This document shows, piece after piece, positions 41,441-58,275 of a stretch of 64,000 bases of DNA (position 1 is the first letter of the stretch; each line of letters opens with the position of its first letter). The position numbers and the translations under genes are program-made. Source of the DNA: the human T2T-CHM13v2.0 reference genome, Homo sapiens; NCBI RefSeq assembly GCF_009914755.1, contig NC_060947.1; one strand, given 5' to 3'. Below the pieces are notes generated by a model. The model was not told where the DNA came from. It made no database searches and was given only the letters and a program-made list of their open reading frames with translations.

Positions 41441-42610
41441 AAAATATTATATTTTAAAATATAATATAATTAATATAAATATATTATATTTTAAAATATA
41501 ATATAAATATATTATAAATATATTTATATTTATAATATAATATATTTATATTATATTATATATAATTATATTATATTATATATATTATATATTATATATA
41601 ATATAATATAATTATATTATATTATAATATATATATTTATATATATTAATATATAAATATAATATAAATATATTATATTTTAAAATATAATATAAATATA
41701 TTATATTTTAAAATATAATATAATATAAATATATTATATTTTAAAATATAATATAATATAAATATATTATATTTTAAAATATAATATAAATATATTATAT
41801 TTTAAAATATAATATAAATATATTATATTTTAAAATATAATATAAATATATTATATTTTAAAATATAATATAAATATATTATATTTTAAAATATAATATA
41901 AATATATTATATTTTAAAATATAATATAATATAAATATATTATATTTTAAAATATAATATAATATAAATATATTATATTTTAAAATATAATATAATATAA
42001 ATATATTATATTTTAAAATATAATATAATATAAATATATTATATTTTAAAATATAATATAATATAAATATATTATATTTTAAAATATATTTCAAAATATA
42101 ATATAATATAAATATATTTTAAAATATAAGATAATATAAATATATTATATTTTAAAATATAATATTTTAAAATATAATATAATATAAATATATTATATTT
42201 TAATATATATTTCAAAATATAATAAAATATAAATATATTATATTTCAAAATATAATAAAATATAAATATATTATGTTTTAAAATATAATATATTTATATT
42301 ATATTTTAAAATATAATATAAATATATTATATTTTAAAATATAATATAAATATATTATATTTTAAAATATAATATAAATATATTATATTTTAAAATATAA
42401 TATTTCAAAATATAATATAATATAAATATATTATATTTTAAAATAAAATATAATATAATATATATATTATATTTTAAAATATAATATTTCAAAATATAAT
42501 ATAAATATATTAAATTTTAAAATATAATATTTCAAAATATAATATAAATATATTAAATTTTAAAATATAATATTTCTTAAAATATTATATTTTAGGAAAA
42601 TATAATATTT
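41440..42610. repeat. AT-rich palindromic minisatellite (28/33-bp units)
   Basis: Unit atattatattttaaaatataatat(aatat)aaat repeated many times; almost purely A/T. Confidence 0.97.
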
Positions 42611-43035
42611 TTATACATTAAAATCATACAACTAATTGGATGTGTGTTCACTTTAAATTAAAGTTGACTAAGCTCATCTGGGCTTTGAGGGTGACTGGCC
42701 AACTGACTTTATTTCTCCGGTCAATTTGTCCTCCAGTTCTTTTCAATAATTCATGCATTCTCAACTCTCTTCTCAGATCTCTGCTGTTCTTCACCTCCTT
42801 TATTTTAACAGATGACAGTTTGCACTTTGCAGAGAAAATAGAAGCCATCCCATCAACTTCCTGTCATATTTACAAGCTCACCGGCAACACATTAAATCCT
42901 CCCCCTTCTCACTTATTACCATGGTTGCGGGAAGGGTAGTTCTCTTTCAATGAAAGGACAATCTCTCCACTTCTTTCTGCATCAGCTCCCTTCTCACTTT
43001 CCCAGAAACTTAATATGATCCAAAGATATCTCTCT

Positions 43036-43490
43036 CCATGCTGGATATCTTCTCTTTGTCCCAAAGCAATTCTCTATCCTTCTCCACTGTGCTCCATACC
43101 CAGGAAGGGCTGATCTTAATAGACTATGTCAATGGTCCTTCTGGCCCTCTGCCTTTGAGTTGGATTAGACCAAGGGGAGGCCCTAACAAGATATTAAGGG
43201 GGATCTTATGGTCTTTCGTGTTTTGGCTGACTTTCTCAACTGAAGTTGACATCACCTATTAGGCAGCCCTTTCCTATAGCTAGTCTCTGTAATTAATGAT
43301 AACTGTTCCCCCCTTACCCCCTAGAGCCTAATGGTAGTAATGTTTCTCTTGTTGTTGCTAAGCATGGGCTGCATCAACATCCTTTGTTGATTTTCCTATC
43401 CCTTGCCGACAACTTTGTAAATATTCTGTTTATTAAACTCTTCTCATTTACCTAATTTAAGTGTGCCATATGTTTCATGACACCATCTTG
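43036..43490 (+). mobile_element. LTR33-like ERVL LTR
   Basis: tgctggatatcttctctttg...ggccctctgcctttgagttgg...tttattaaactcttctc...tgtgccat. Confidence 0.65.
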
Positions 43491-43522
43491 AACACAGTTC
43501 AAGATGTGTCACCATCTTGAAA

Positions 43523-43845
43523 ACACTTGTCCCTCAGTATCTATGGGAGAATGCTAAAATTCATGGAGGCTCAAGTCCCTTATATAAAATGATATACTAT
43601 TTGCATATAATCTATGCACATCCTCCAGTATACCCCAAATCATCTCTAGATTATATATTATACCTAATACAATATAAATTCTATATAATAATTGTTATAC
43701 TGTATTGTTTAGAGAGTAATGACAAGAAGAAAAGATTGTACATGTTCATTACAGATGCAACCATCCTTTTTTTTCAAGTATTTTCTGACCCACAGTTGGC
43801 TAAATCCATGGATGTGGAAACCATGGATATGGAGGGCCGATTGTA
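43523..43845. mobile_element. MER2 (TcMar-Tigger) MITE
   Basis: gtccctcagtatctatggg...gctcaagtcccttatataaaatg...ccatggatatggagggccgattgta, with inverted termini. Confidence 0.88.
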
Positions 43846-44723
43846 CAGTCCTTTATGTTCAAATTCATTCCTGAATACTTCCTATCCACATTTAAAACTA
43901 TTCCAGTGAAACTTCTCTTGTTAAAGTTGCCAGTAACCATCATATTCCTAAAAACTATGGACAATTTGAAATCCTCATCTTGGTCTCTGTCACAATTTTG
44001 GCTGGTTCACATCTACACCCCTTTCTACATCTGGGGAGCCCACCTTTGAGAAGCTTCTGAGAGAGGTAGATATCTGCTCCAGCATAGATGCACAGACATA
44101 GAAAACAATAGATTTTCAAACTCTATGTGGCAGATACCATACAGGCCCAAGACTCAAGTGTTCCTAACTGGGACTTCACCTCTGAAGTCAGTAACAAGTG
44201 GAAGCCATGACAGCTTAGACAGGGTTTCACAAACTGTCTGTGCTGAAGGACTAGGATTAAAAAATTTCCAATCTTCTGAAGACATATACTTTTATAATAG
44301 GCAATAAAAAACAAATCATTAGAAAAATAACACATTAAAATGTCCTAAAACTAAAAACCCCAATTTTATACAATTGGGTTCTCAAGAGAGAAAATTACTC
44401 TGTCAAAGTACTATAAAATTTCTAAATGTTTATTTTCAATTTCTGTGCTGGTTACATAGTAACATTTCAGATACCACCTGTGAGTGGCAGTTGTTTATAC
44501 TTCATTCTTGGAGGAAGATAGTGGTAGGAATATGATGCTCAGCAGCAGAGCAGTAGGAGAGGCATATTAACCAGATCTTTCCTGCCATTCACTTGGCACT
44601 TTCTGGCTGCTGAATCCCTCACCCCACTTGATTTTGTTCACTCTTCAAACTGGGCTCTCCAGCCTTTTTTTGTGGATTCTGTGAACTACTCAATATCTTT
44701 CCAATAAAAATATCTTTACTACT

Positions 44724-45098
44724 ATGCACATTTTAACAATATTAATTCTTCCAATCTATGAGCAAGATATCTTTCCATTTTGTGTGTGTCTTCTTCAGTT
44801 CCTTCCATCAATGTTTTACAGTTTTCATTGTAGAGATCTTTCACTTCCTTGGTTAAATTTATTTCTAGATATTTTATTTTTTGTAACTATTATAAATGGA
44901 ATTACTTTCTTGATATCATTTTTAGATACTTTGTTATTGGTGTATAAAAATGCTACTGAATTTTATACTTTGACTTTGCATCCTTTAACTTTACTGAACT
45001 CAGTTATTAGTTCTAACAGTTTTTTGGTGGTTTTCTATATACAAAATCAAGTCATTTGCAATCAGGAACAATTTGACTTCTTTCTTTCCTATTTGGAT
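44724..45098 (-). mobile_element. L1 ORF2 fragment
   Basis: cattttaacaatattaattcttccaatc...acaatttgacttcttctttcctatttggatg. Confidence 0.88.
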
Positions 45099-49243
<4,145 letters not shown>

Positions 49244-49244
49244 A

Positions 49245-49812
49245 TACAACTATCATATAATCTAGTAATCCCACTGCTGTGTATATATACAAAGGAAATG
49301 AAATCAATATGTCAAAAAATATCTTCGCTCCTATGTTTATTGTAGCAGTATTGTCAGTAGCCAAGATGTAGAATCAAACTAAATGTCCATCAGTAAATAA
49401 ATGGATAAAGAAAATGTGGTATATGTATAGAATGGAATACTAATCAGCCATAGAAAATGATAAAATAATCTCACTCATATATGGAGCCAGAAAGTTGTTC
49501 TCATAGAAATAGAGAATAGAATAGTAGTTACAAGAAAATGGAGAGGGTGGGGAAAATAAGGGGAGGGTGTGAGGCTGGTCAATGGGGAGGAATAAGTTCT
49601 GGTGTTCTATTGTAGAGCAGGATGGTTAGAGTTAACAAAAATGTATATTTCAAAATAGCTAGAAGGAAGTTTTTGAATGTTCTTATTACAAAGAAGTGAT
49701 AAATGCTTTAGGTGATGGATATGTTAATTACCCTGATTTGATCATTACACAGTGTATACATATGTCAAAACATAACATTGCACCCCATAAATATGTATAA
49801 TTTTTTAAAAGT
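49245..49812 (+). mobile_element. L1MA-type 3' end
   Basis: aactatcatataatctagtaatcccact...ggtgatggatatgttaattaccctgatttgatcattacac. Confidence 0.85.
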
Positions 49813-49979
49813 TTAAAATGTTTCTACTAAGATTACTCACAACTGTTGTTGATAATCTGTGGCCAAGAGCCCTGACAAGCCCAAATACTTATCTGCAAGA
49901 TTTCCAATAGGATTATGTGAGCTAATGGGAATAAAGTACTTATATAAAGCCTAGATCTCAATAGTAGCTCATTAAGTAA

Positions 49980-50537
49980 TGTGGTGGGCAGACCTCATGG
50001 TGACCCCCAATGATTTCCACCTCCTGGGATTCATGCCTTTTTGTAGTCACCTTTTTTTGAGTGCCAACAGAACCTATTACTTGCTTCTAATCTATAGATT
50101 ATGGCAAAGATGGTGGAATGTCACTCCCATGAGTACATTATGTTATGTAGGATTTTCCTTGCTGGTTTGATAACGTAAATGGTCATACGAGAAGTACAGG
50201 TAGCCAGGAATTTGGAGAGGGGTGTGCCTCTAGGACCCAAGGGCAGCCTCTAGCCAGTAGTCATTAAAAAGCAGAGGCCCTCAATCCTATAGCCAGAAGG
50301 AAATAAATTCTGCCCAAAATCTGAGGGACTTTGGAAGTGGATTTTTCTCCAGTGGAGCCTCTGATGAGAACTCATACCTGGCCAAGACCTTTATGCAGCC
50401 AGTGAGAGACATGAAGCAGTGTGCTCAGCTAAACTGTGCCTAGACTTTTTATCTATGAAAACTTGAGGTAAAGAATGTGTGTTCTTTAAGCTGTTAAGTT
50501 TGTGGTAATTTGTTATGCAGCAATAGAGAACTAATAC
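49980..50537 (+). mobile_element. MaLR LTR (MLT1E/F-like)
   Basis: tgtggtgggcagacctc.tggtgacccccaatgatttccacctcctgg ... tttgtggtaatttgttatgcagcaatagagaactaatac. Confidence 0.85.
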
Positions 50538-50773
50538 TGGTTGCAACAATTTTTATTACAATTTCTTAAAGAAATAATTGTGAATATTAGCCCTAGTAAC
50601 TATAGGGTACTTGACTAAAAATAAATACCACCTTCCCAGCCACCCAGTACAAAATCTTGAAAAAAAGTCAGAGTATGGATACCTTTCAAAGACATAGTGA
50701 AAACATCAACCCAATGATGAAATTTATCTGGAGTCTCCACTTAAAATTTTTTAAAAAATACATGGAACTTGAT

Positions 50774-50937
50774 GGTTGGGTGCAGTGGCTCACACCTGTA
50801 ATCCCAGCATTTTGGGAGACTGAGGCAAGAAAATCGCTTGAGGCCAGGAGTTCGAGACCAGCCTTACCAACATACTGAGACTCCCCCCCCATCTCTAAAC
50901 ATATTTAAAAAGTAAAAAAATTTAAAATGAAAAAGAA
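50774..50937 (+). mobile_element. Free left Alu monomer (FLAM-like)
   Basis: Left monomer only, followed by an A-rich tail; TSD atggaacttg on both sides. Confidence 0.85.
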
Positions 50938-50979
50938 ATGGAACTTGGTATAAGTGCCCAAGAAGGTTGTTTTGATGTC

Positions 50980-52065
50980 TACTGAAGCTGAACATATGCC
51001 TACCCTATGATCTTACAATTCCATTCTTGGTTATACATTCTGAAAAAAATGACTGCTTACTTCTATCAAAAGGCACGTAAAAGAATATTTACAACAGCAC
51101 TATTATTAATAACTTTAAACTGGAAACTGCTTAAATGGCTATCAACAGCAGAATAAATTGTGGTATATTTTCACAATGGAATACTAGACAGCAGCAAAAA
51201 TGAATGACCTTCAACTGAACACAGCAATAAATGGATAAACAAATAAGTGGATTTTACAAGGATAATACTGAGCTGAAAAAGCCAAATACTAAACACATTG
51301 TATAGCTCCATTTACATAAAGTTAAATGAAGAGAGAATGGTTACCCCTAGAGGAGTAGCATCTGGAAGAGGCACAAGAGTGGGTTCTGGGATGTTGGTGA
51401 TGCTGTACTTTTTGATCTGGGAGTTGGTTCCATGTGAAGCAGGAAAATAGGTTTTGGAGACAGGGAACCTAAGGCCAATTCACACTTCAGCTATGACATG
51501 AAATATCCTCTATATAGGGTGTACATTGAGTAAATGACTTTGTAACTTTACTTAATGCTCTCTATTTACATAGGGTGTACACCAAGTAAACAATGGAATT
51601 CTCTAGAGGGTATTTAAACTCCCCAAAATTCTGTAATGGGGCCCTTGAGCCCCTATGCTTGGGCCCACTCCCACACTGTGGAGTGTACTTTCATTTTCAA
51701 TAAATCCCTTCATTCCTTCCTTGCTTTGTTTGTGCATTTTGTCCAATTCTTTGTTCAAGATGCCAAGAACCTGGACACCCTCCATCAGTAACATATTTTG
51801 GAGAGCCAGCCAGGAGAAATTCTAGGAGAAGATAGGCCCAAAGCTTGGGATTTATTTTTCATCTTTCTCCTTTTCCTTTCTGCTCCATACAGGGGACTCT
51901 CTCTCTCTTTTCCTTTTCAACTCGGGATCCTTGGTGGGCAGCGCCTAAACACAGAAGCAACTGCAGATTTTTGCCAGTAACACATGGATGTACGAAGTAT
52001 TTTTAAAAATCCATCAAACTGTATTCTTATATCTGTACATTTCTGTGTGCATGCTATATCTCAGT
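50980..52065 (+). mobile_element. L1ME 3' region interrupted by the MER51B-like element
   Basis: gctgaacatatgcctaccctatga...; rejoins as gatctgggagttggttccatg|gatgtac...aaaatccatcaaactgta. Confidence 0.75.
51435..51982 (+). mobile_element. MER51B-like ERV1: full 5' LTR (51435-51793), PBS/leader and a terminal stub of the 3' LTR
   Basis: tgaagcaggaaaatagg...ggccaattcacacttcagctatgaca...cagtaaca, then PBS-like tggagagccagccaggag. A second cagtaaca ends at 51982. TSD CATG at 51431-51434 and 51983-51986. Confidence 0.85.
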
Positions 52066-52670
52066 AGAGACTTAAAAATGAATGTCAAGGTTGAATTCCA
52101 CTCTGAAATGTATGCAGATTTGTTTAAGTATGCAGAGAATATGTTTCTCCTCAAATCTTCAAGTAAAACAGATTCTCAAGGGAGATGTGTCACCTTATTC
52201 TGTGGTTTTGCATCAGCTGTGGCTTACTTCCAGGGCTCCACATATTCTGGCTGGGAAGCAAAACCTTGATCCTAAGGGATAAAGCTTTAATGTTGGAATT
52301 AGGAATGCTACAGACTGCGCCAGAGATGTCAAGACTCATTTCTGGTCTTCACTCTTAAACCGTATTACAGAGTTGACTGATGACCATCTCCACTCTCCTG
52401 GGATCAGATTTGCCTGTTTATTGCACACATGCTGGTCTCTGATAGATGTAATTGGTCTGACTTATTGATATCAACTCTCTTCCAGTTTAAGCCATGCTAG
52501 TCCTTCATGCAATGAAGAGCTGTGACAGAATCATGATCACTTTTGGATACAAACGCCAAGAAAGTGGTGTGGGAAGGTTTTAGTAGCCCAGTCCAAAGGG
52601 GTCAAGCCACCTGATTTATCCATTAGCTCTTTGCTTCTTAAACATCTGCTCTATTCTAGGTGCTCCACAC

Positions 52671-52675
<5 letters not shown>

Positions 52676-52722
<47 letters not shown>
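52676..52722. repeat. (TG)n(CG)n(TG)n microsatellite
   Basis: Directly visible. Confidence 0.97.
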
Positions 52723-53374
52723 ATCATTGTTGAGCTGCAAAGAAGTAAAAATATTTCTGGGCCAGAAGAAAAGTTATTGAATTAAAGAAAGCATCAAAGT
52801 TTAGTAATGGCAATTGAAGTCATTTCTTTATGTCTTGAATTGAATGAAGTGGAGTATTTGGTGGGCATTTGCTTGTATTTCTATAAATGCAAATATATTT
52901 AAGTAACCTTTTCTACTCCCTACACTGGTGTGTAAAATGTTGGAGGGTAGAATTCTCTTCTTAATCATCTGCGAATTTTAAGAGCTAAGCAAGAATGAGA
53001 TACATAGTTGGCTAAAGGCAATTTCAGAATTTTTGCATAGAAGGGAGGTTTAGTTGCAGCTGAAGTGGGGTGAGAGGAGGTTAGGAAACTTGCCTTGAAT
53101 TTGTGTTTGCTTAGTAACAGATTTTACTTAAGCTTTATGTTAATTTGGGATGATTTTGGTGGGTACTGATAGAAATGATAGGGCAGATCCCATCACCTGG
53201 CCAAAACTACCCCTTAGTGGAGCCAGTAAAATAAGCAAATAATTGAGATGGTCTCTATTTCAGTAATACCACTTTGGAGCTATTCTACAAACATGCCTTC
53301 CAGGATCTTGCTGCCTTCTGGGAAAGATATTGGCATCAACAATTACAATAACAGACCTCAAATAAAAGTGCAGC

Positions 53375-53950
53375 ATTGGTCTGGGTCCAGTTACAGATCA
53401 TGAAAAGTATTCTAGTTAGTTTAAGAATAAAAGGACTTAGGAAATTTAAAAAATACTTGCAAGGGTTGGAGGAGCAGACTCTAAGCTGAACTTCCAGGAA
53501 TGATGCTCAGCATACCACATAACTGGCCCACCAAGGGAGGTGCTGCCTTTACTGGAGAATGATCAGAAGCTGGGGAATCAGGACGCTATTGGCCTATCTC
53601 TTGACTGCAGGACCACACCACCTCAGCTGCCTCCTGGGGATGAGAAAGCCACTGCCATAACTCTTGGCTTTAGGGCACAGTGCCTCATATGTGATTCATG
53701 CCAACAAAAGGAGGGTCTGTACCCTGCCTCTACCCCCAGAATAGGAGTCAGTCACTGGAACCTCTGCTACCACTACCACAGAAAGATCAACTTCCTCTAC
53801 TGCTGTACTTTCCAAGAGAAGTGTAATCACCCTTTTATTTCTACCTTCCATACCCCACAGAGGTTCATCTAGTTGGCAGAAGGCAGGTCACAAGAAGAAC
53901 ATGAGCTCTAAGACAGAATAGGAAAGGTAGTCTTTAGCTTTCTACCCTCT
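53375..53950 (-). mobile_element. Possible very old MaLR LTR (MLT1N/O-like)
   Basis: Weak resemblance: tctagttagtttaagaataaaagga...; catctagttggcagaag.caggtcaca. Confidence 0.4.
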
Positions 53951-53977
53951 AGCTCTGAGTAAGTCATGTTATAAGGC

Positions 53978-54167
53978 ATTGGTTCTCAAACTTGAACCTG
54001 CATCAGAAGCACCTGGGGGTATGTTAAGACATAAATTTTGGGGCCCCACATTTAGAGTTTGTGATTCAGTAGGTCTTGGATGGGGGCCCCCAGAGAATTT
54101 GCATTTCTATCAAGTTCCCAGGTGACGATGATGTTGCTAGTCAGAGACCATACTTTGAGAACCACTG
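53978..54167. mobile_element. MER5A hAT MITE
   Basis: cattggttctcaaactt...gcatcagaagcacctgg...gaatttgcatttct.caagttcccaggtga...actttgagaaccactg. Confidence 0.9.
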
Positions 54168-54199
54168 ATCTAAGGGACTTGGAATAGATTTGAGAAAGC

Positions 54200-54543
54200 T
54201 AATCTGCAAAGTATGTTAAAACATGCATAAGAATCACCGGTGTAGGGTTTGTTACACTAACAGATTTTCCAAAACACCCATTGACTAGGTCTATGGTAGA
54301 AGCCAGAGACATGCACTTTTAACCAGTTCTCCCGGATAGTTTTATTTTGGTAGTCCATGGGAACAATTTGAGAAATATTATATTGAAGCAGTGATTCTCA
54401 CCTTCGCCTGCATATTACATTGCTCCAAACAATGGTAAAAATTACTGATGCCTTGGTCCCATCCTCTGCATTCTGATTTGTTGAATGGACATCCACCAGA
54501 GCTCTGAGTGAATCTCATGTGCAGCCAAGAGTGGGATGCACTG
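54200..54543. mobile_element. Two further degenerate MER5-family MITEs (~54200-54378 and ~54389-54543)
   Basis: gcataagaatcacc...tgcacttttaaccagttctcc; cagtgattctcacctt.gcctgcatatta...atgtgcagccaag. Confidence 0.65.
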
Positions 54544-55726
54544 GCCTAGAAGGACCTGTTGATTGAGAATGCTGATAGGTTACCTCAAGTTTGTGAGCTA
54601 AAGTGTATCTTTTCTAGGGCTAGTCATATTGGAGGCCACTTTTAGAGGCTTAGATGGTTTGAAGTAATTTACCTACATGGATTCCACTGCACAAAGAAGC
54701 ATAAAGAGAGATGGGCTAATCTTTACATTGCCATATTTTTAGTAATAGAAATGTATTTTCACTGTCCTGGGAAGCCATTTGAATCTTGGGACTTCCAGAG
54801 CCTTTATAAGTCCATCGGTTTATTCAATCATTCGAAATCCTTCAAAGTCTGCTTAGCACAGAAAAATTTCTTCAAAGAGTCTATAACTTTAGATAAATGA
54901 ACATATTATTAAAAGAACTTATGAGTCTATAATATAGATCATGAATTAAAAGACAAAAGGCAAATAGAAGGAGGCAAGAATATCTACATCCATATTAATC
55001 TTAGATGAAGCTTCAACTCATGATTACAGCTTTATCCAGGATATTCTAGAAAGAGTGAATAAAAATGTGGCCCTTCCTGAAAAGATTAATCTTTTCTAGC
55101 TTGTGTTTGAACTGTAAATTCTCCTAGAATAGGGATTGAATTTATCTTTTACTTTACATTGATCTATTATTCAATAGGGAGCTGGATATCTAAGTAGAAG
55201 AGAAAAAGGGAGCAACCCCTTTTTTGAGTGACTTATCTATTTCTAAAAAGAAGGAAAAGATGCTGGTATTGAATTGGGCTGGGTACTCCCATTCGGTTAA
55301 TATGCCATCACCACTCTAGGGTATAAACAGTGAGAAATTTCTGCTTCTGAGATTATGGCCTCTTGATTCTCAATTTCTCTCTGGCTTCTTCAATACTACC
55401 TCTTTTCCAGGCAAACTAATACATGAACAATCTAAGAAATGTGCTGCATAACTGAAGTGTAACTGCAAATTTTAGATCCCAGGGGAAAGAGATTGAGAGT
55501 GAAAGAGAGAGTGTATGGTGTATGAGAGAGAAAGAGAGAGAGAACTGATTCATCAATCATATTTTGGGTGGAGAGGTGAATAAGTAAATATTTAACCTTT
55601 AAACATAAGCACTTTGGTATTTGAATCACTTGAGAAATGGAAATCTTTCCAAAACATGACATGCCTGTCTCTACTTTCTTGGGCCAATGATACTCATTTC
55701 CAAACTTTCTCTTACCCATGAAACTT

Positions 55727-55870
55727 ATTCATTCATTCATTTTTTCATCTATCCAGCAAATATTAATTTGGCATCTCCTGTATGCCAAGCACTGTGCTCA
55801 GCCCTGGGGATATAAAGATACAGAAGATGTAGCCCCTGTCTTCTCCTGCACTTTGAACATAGTAGATATG
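55727..55870 (-). mobile_element. L2 3' end
   Basis: attcattcattcat...cagcaaatatt...tatgccaagcactgtgct. Confidence 0.8.
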
Positions 55871-57479
55871 GCTGTAGATAGATATACTGTTGGGTGAGAC
55901 TAAGAGGGAGTTGATTCTAACTTGGCTCACAATGGCCTTGCATAAGAAAGTCAATGAAGTCAGCTTTTGTTTTGATCATTTGCTCTCTACACATAATGAA
56001 TGACTCAATAAAATATGTCCAGTTATATGACCATCTAGGCAATGTGACATGACAGTTTGTCTACAAATTAAAGAAATATACCAAAGACTGAAGCAACTTT
56101 TCTCAAAGTATTCTCACAAGGCTAAAGAGACTTTTCTTTTTTTCTTTGTGGTTAAAGGGTCACCTTGGGTGGGCCAACTGAATGGCTTTTGGAGGGAATA
56201 TGATGGGAGCTGGGCTCAGTTGAGTCAACTCATTCCAAGTCAAGACTCTGTGCCTTTAGGCCCAGGGATGTATAAATTGGCTTATGTTCCTGAAATCCCC
56301 TATTTAGCATGTCTCTAACTTGATATCCTTAGAGAAGAGGAGTATATGGCTGGATCTAGAGTTGAACAAACCCCATGAGACTGACTACCATTAACCCAAG
56401 TTGCAGGAGGCTGGTACACAAACTAGAACACTAATATGTAAATCTATAATGAGAAACTTAGGTTTTGCTTTTTTCACTAGTTAATAAATTCTATCTGGGT
56501 GAGAAGTTCCAGCAGAAGCCCTGGTGTGACCAGAAGGCTGCTCATGGGCAAGGAAACAGAGAGGAGGTGGCTGAATGATTTTAATATCAACTAGCTTCAG
56601 TTTCTATAGCTAAATGCAGCAACCTCCAGCCCAGAGACTACCTGCTGCAAGGTCTGGTAAGCTATGTTCATGTGCAAGGGTCCCTTTTCTCCCTTGACAA
56701 TGCTGAGTAGACACTGCCAATTTTGATCCTGACCCTCCTTTTTGATTCTGTGTTTCCATAATCAACCCCCTTTGGCTATTGCCAACCCTAGTATAACTGA
56801 GATTTTTTTTCCTGTTTGGAAATTAACCTTTGAAAAAGCATGATGTATTAATTTCATCTGTCAAAATCTCAGAGTTCTTTTGGTAGCTTTTTCCTGTAGT
56901 CCCATGTTCTTGGTATCCCATGTTTTGTTAGCTCAGTGAGACAGCTTGTCATCTGATAACAAAGCAGCTTTGCACCTCATTTAAATGTATAATTCTGAAA
57001 TAATCTACTTCTGAAAACGTTTTTGAGGTGCCCCAAAATGATCAAAATAGCTGTAAAAGCAGCCTACCTATCTCTTAAAAAACTTTGAGGGCTCAAAGTA
57101 AGTGTGCAATGACTGGGGTTCCAGGGTATTAAAATCTTCCAATTTTATGAGAACTTTCAGTTTTACCAGAAGCATTAAATCTACATATCTTTTCGTCTTT
57201 GACAGCTTGGCACCATGGATTCACTGGACCCAGCTAGGGTAGAAGTAGACCGATACAACCAAAAAGAACCACTTTGAGCATCATTATAAAACTCTCCAGA
57301 AGATAAAATATGCTCAGAAACAGATATTCTGTAGCATTCACAAAAAATATTCTGTAATAATAATTTGAAGACCTTTCTACAGGCTGAAATAGCTTTCTAA
57401 GGACATCTATATGTGAAACATCAACACCATATACCTGAGGAATGCAGAGCTCAGGAAATTGGCAGTGCCATCTTTTAAA

Positions 57480-58230
57480 AACAAGTAATTTACTTAGGCA
57501 TAATTCCTATACCATGAAATTCACACTTTTGAATTGTATAATTCAGTGGTTTTTATTATGTTCACAGGGTTGTGTAATCATCACCACTGTCTAATTTTAG
57601 AGCATTTTCATCAACCCCCCAAAAGAACTTGGTATCCACTAGCAGTCACTCCCCATTCTCCCTTTCCCCACGCCCTGGCAACCACTAATCTACTTTCTGT
57701 CTATGGATTAACTTGCTGTGGACATTTTATATAAATGAAATCCTACAATGTGTGCCTGTTATGTCTGGTTTCTTTAAGTTACCATGATGTTTTCATGGTT
57801 CATCCAATGTTGTAGCATGTATCAATATGTATCAATACTTCATTCCTTTTTATGGCTGAATAATATTTCATTGAATGGATATACCACATTTTGTTTATCC
57901 ATACGTCACTGGATGGACATTTAGATTGTTTCCATCTTTTGGCTATTGTGAATAATGCTGCTATGAACAATTGTGTATGTGTTTCTGTGTGGACTTATGT
58001 TTTTATTTCTCTCAGGTATATACTTGGGAGTGGAATTACTGGATCAAATGTTATCTCTGTGTTTAACCTTTTGAATAACTGCCAAACTGTTTTCCAAAGG
58101 GAGTGCACCACTTTACATTCCCATCAGCATGAATGAGGGTTTCAATTTCCCCATATCCTTAACAATATTTGCCATTTTTATTTTATTTCATTTTATTTTA
58201 AAAAACTTATAGCCCTCTTGGTGGCTATGC
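57480..58230 (-). mobile_element. L1MB 3' region
   Basis: taattcctataccatgaaattcacact...tgtataattcagtggttttt...ggctattgtgaataatgctgctatgaaca. Confidence 0.9.
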
Positions 58231-58275
58231 CATGTTATCTTTTGCCTTTTTAATCACATTAAGTAGAGGAGAACT

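Noticed and set aside
41879-42094. Repetitive ORF (YILKYNIFILY)n
   Set aside because: Translation artefact of the 33-bp AT minisatellite unit.
41440-42610. CRISPR-like palindromic repeat array
   Set aside because: There are no unique spacers, the DNA is eukaryotic and no cas genes are present; it is a VNTR.
43517-43909. 130-aa ORF
   Set aside because: It lies over the non-coding MER2 MITE, has a non-ATG start and shows no domain.
44040-44720. Possible Charlie-type and MLT1-type remnants
   Set aside because: Resemblance is too weak to assign family or boundaries by eye.
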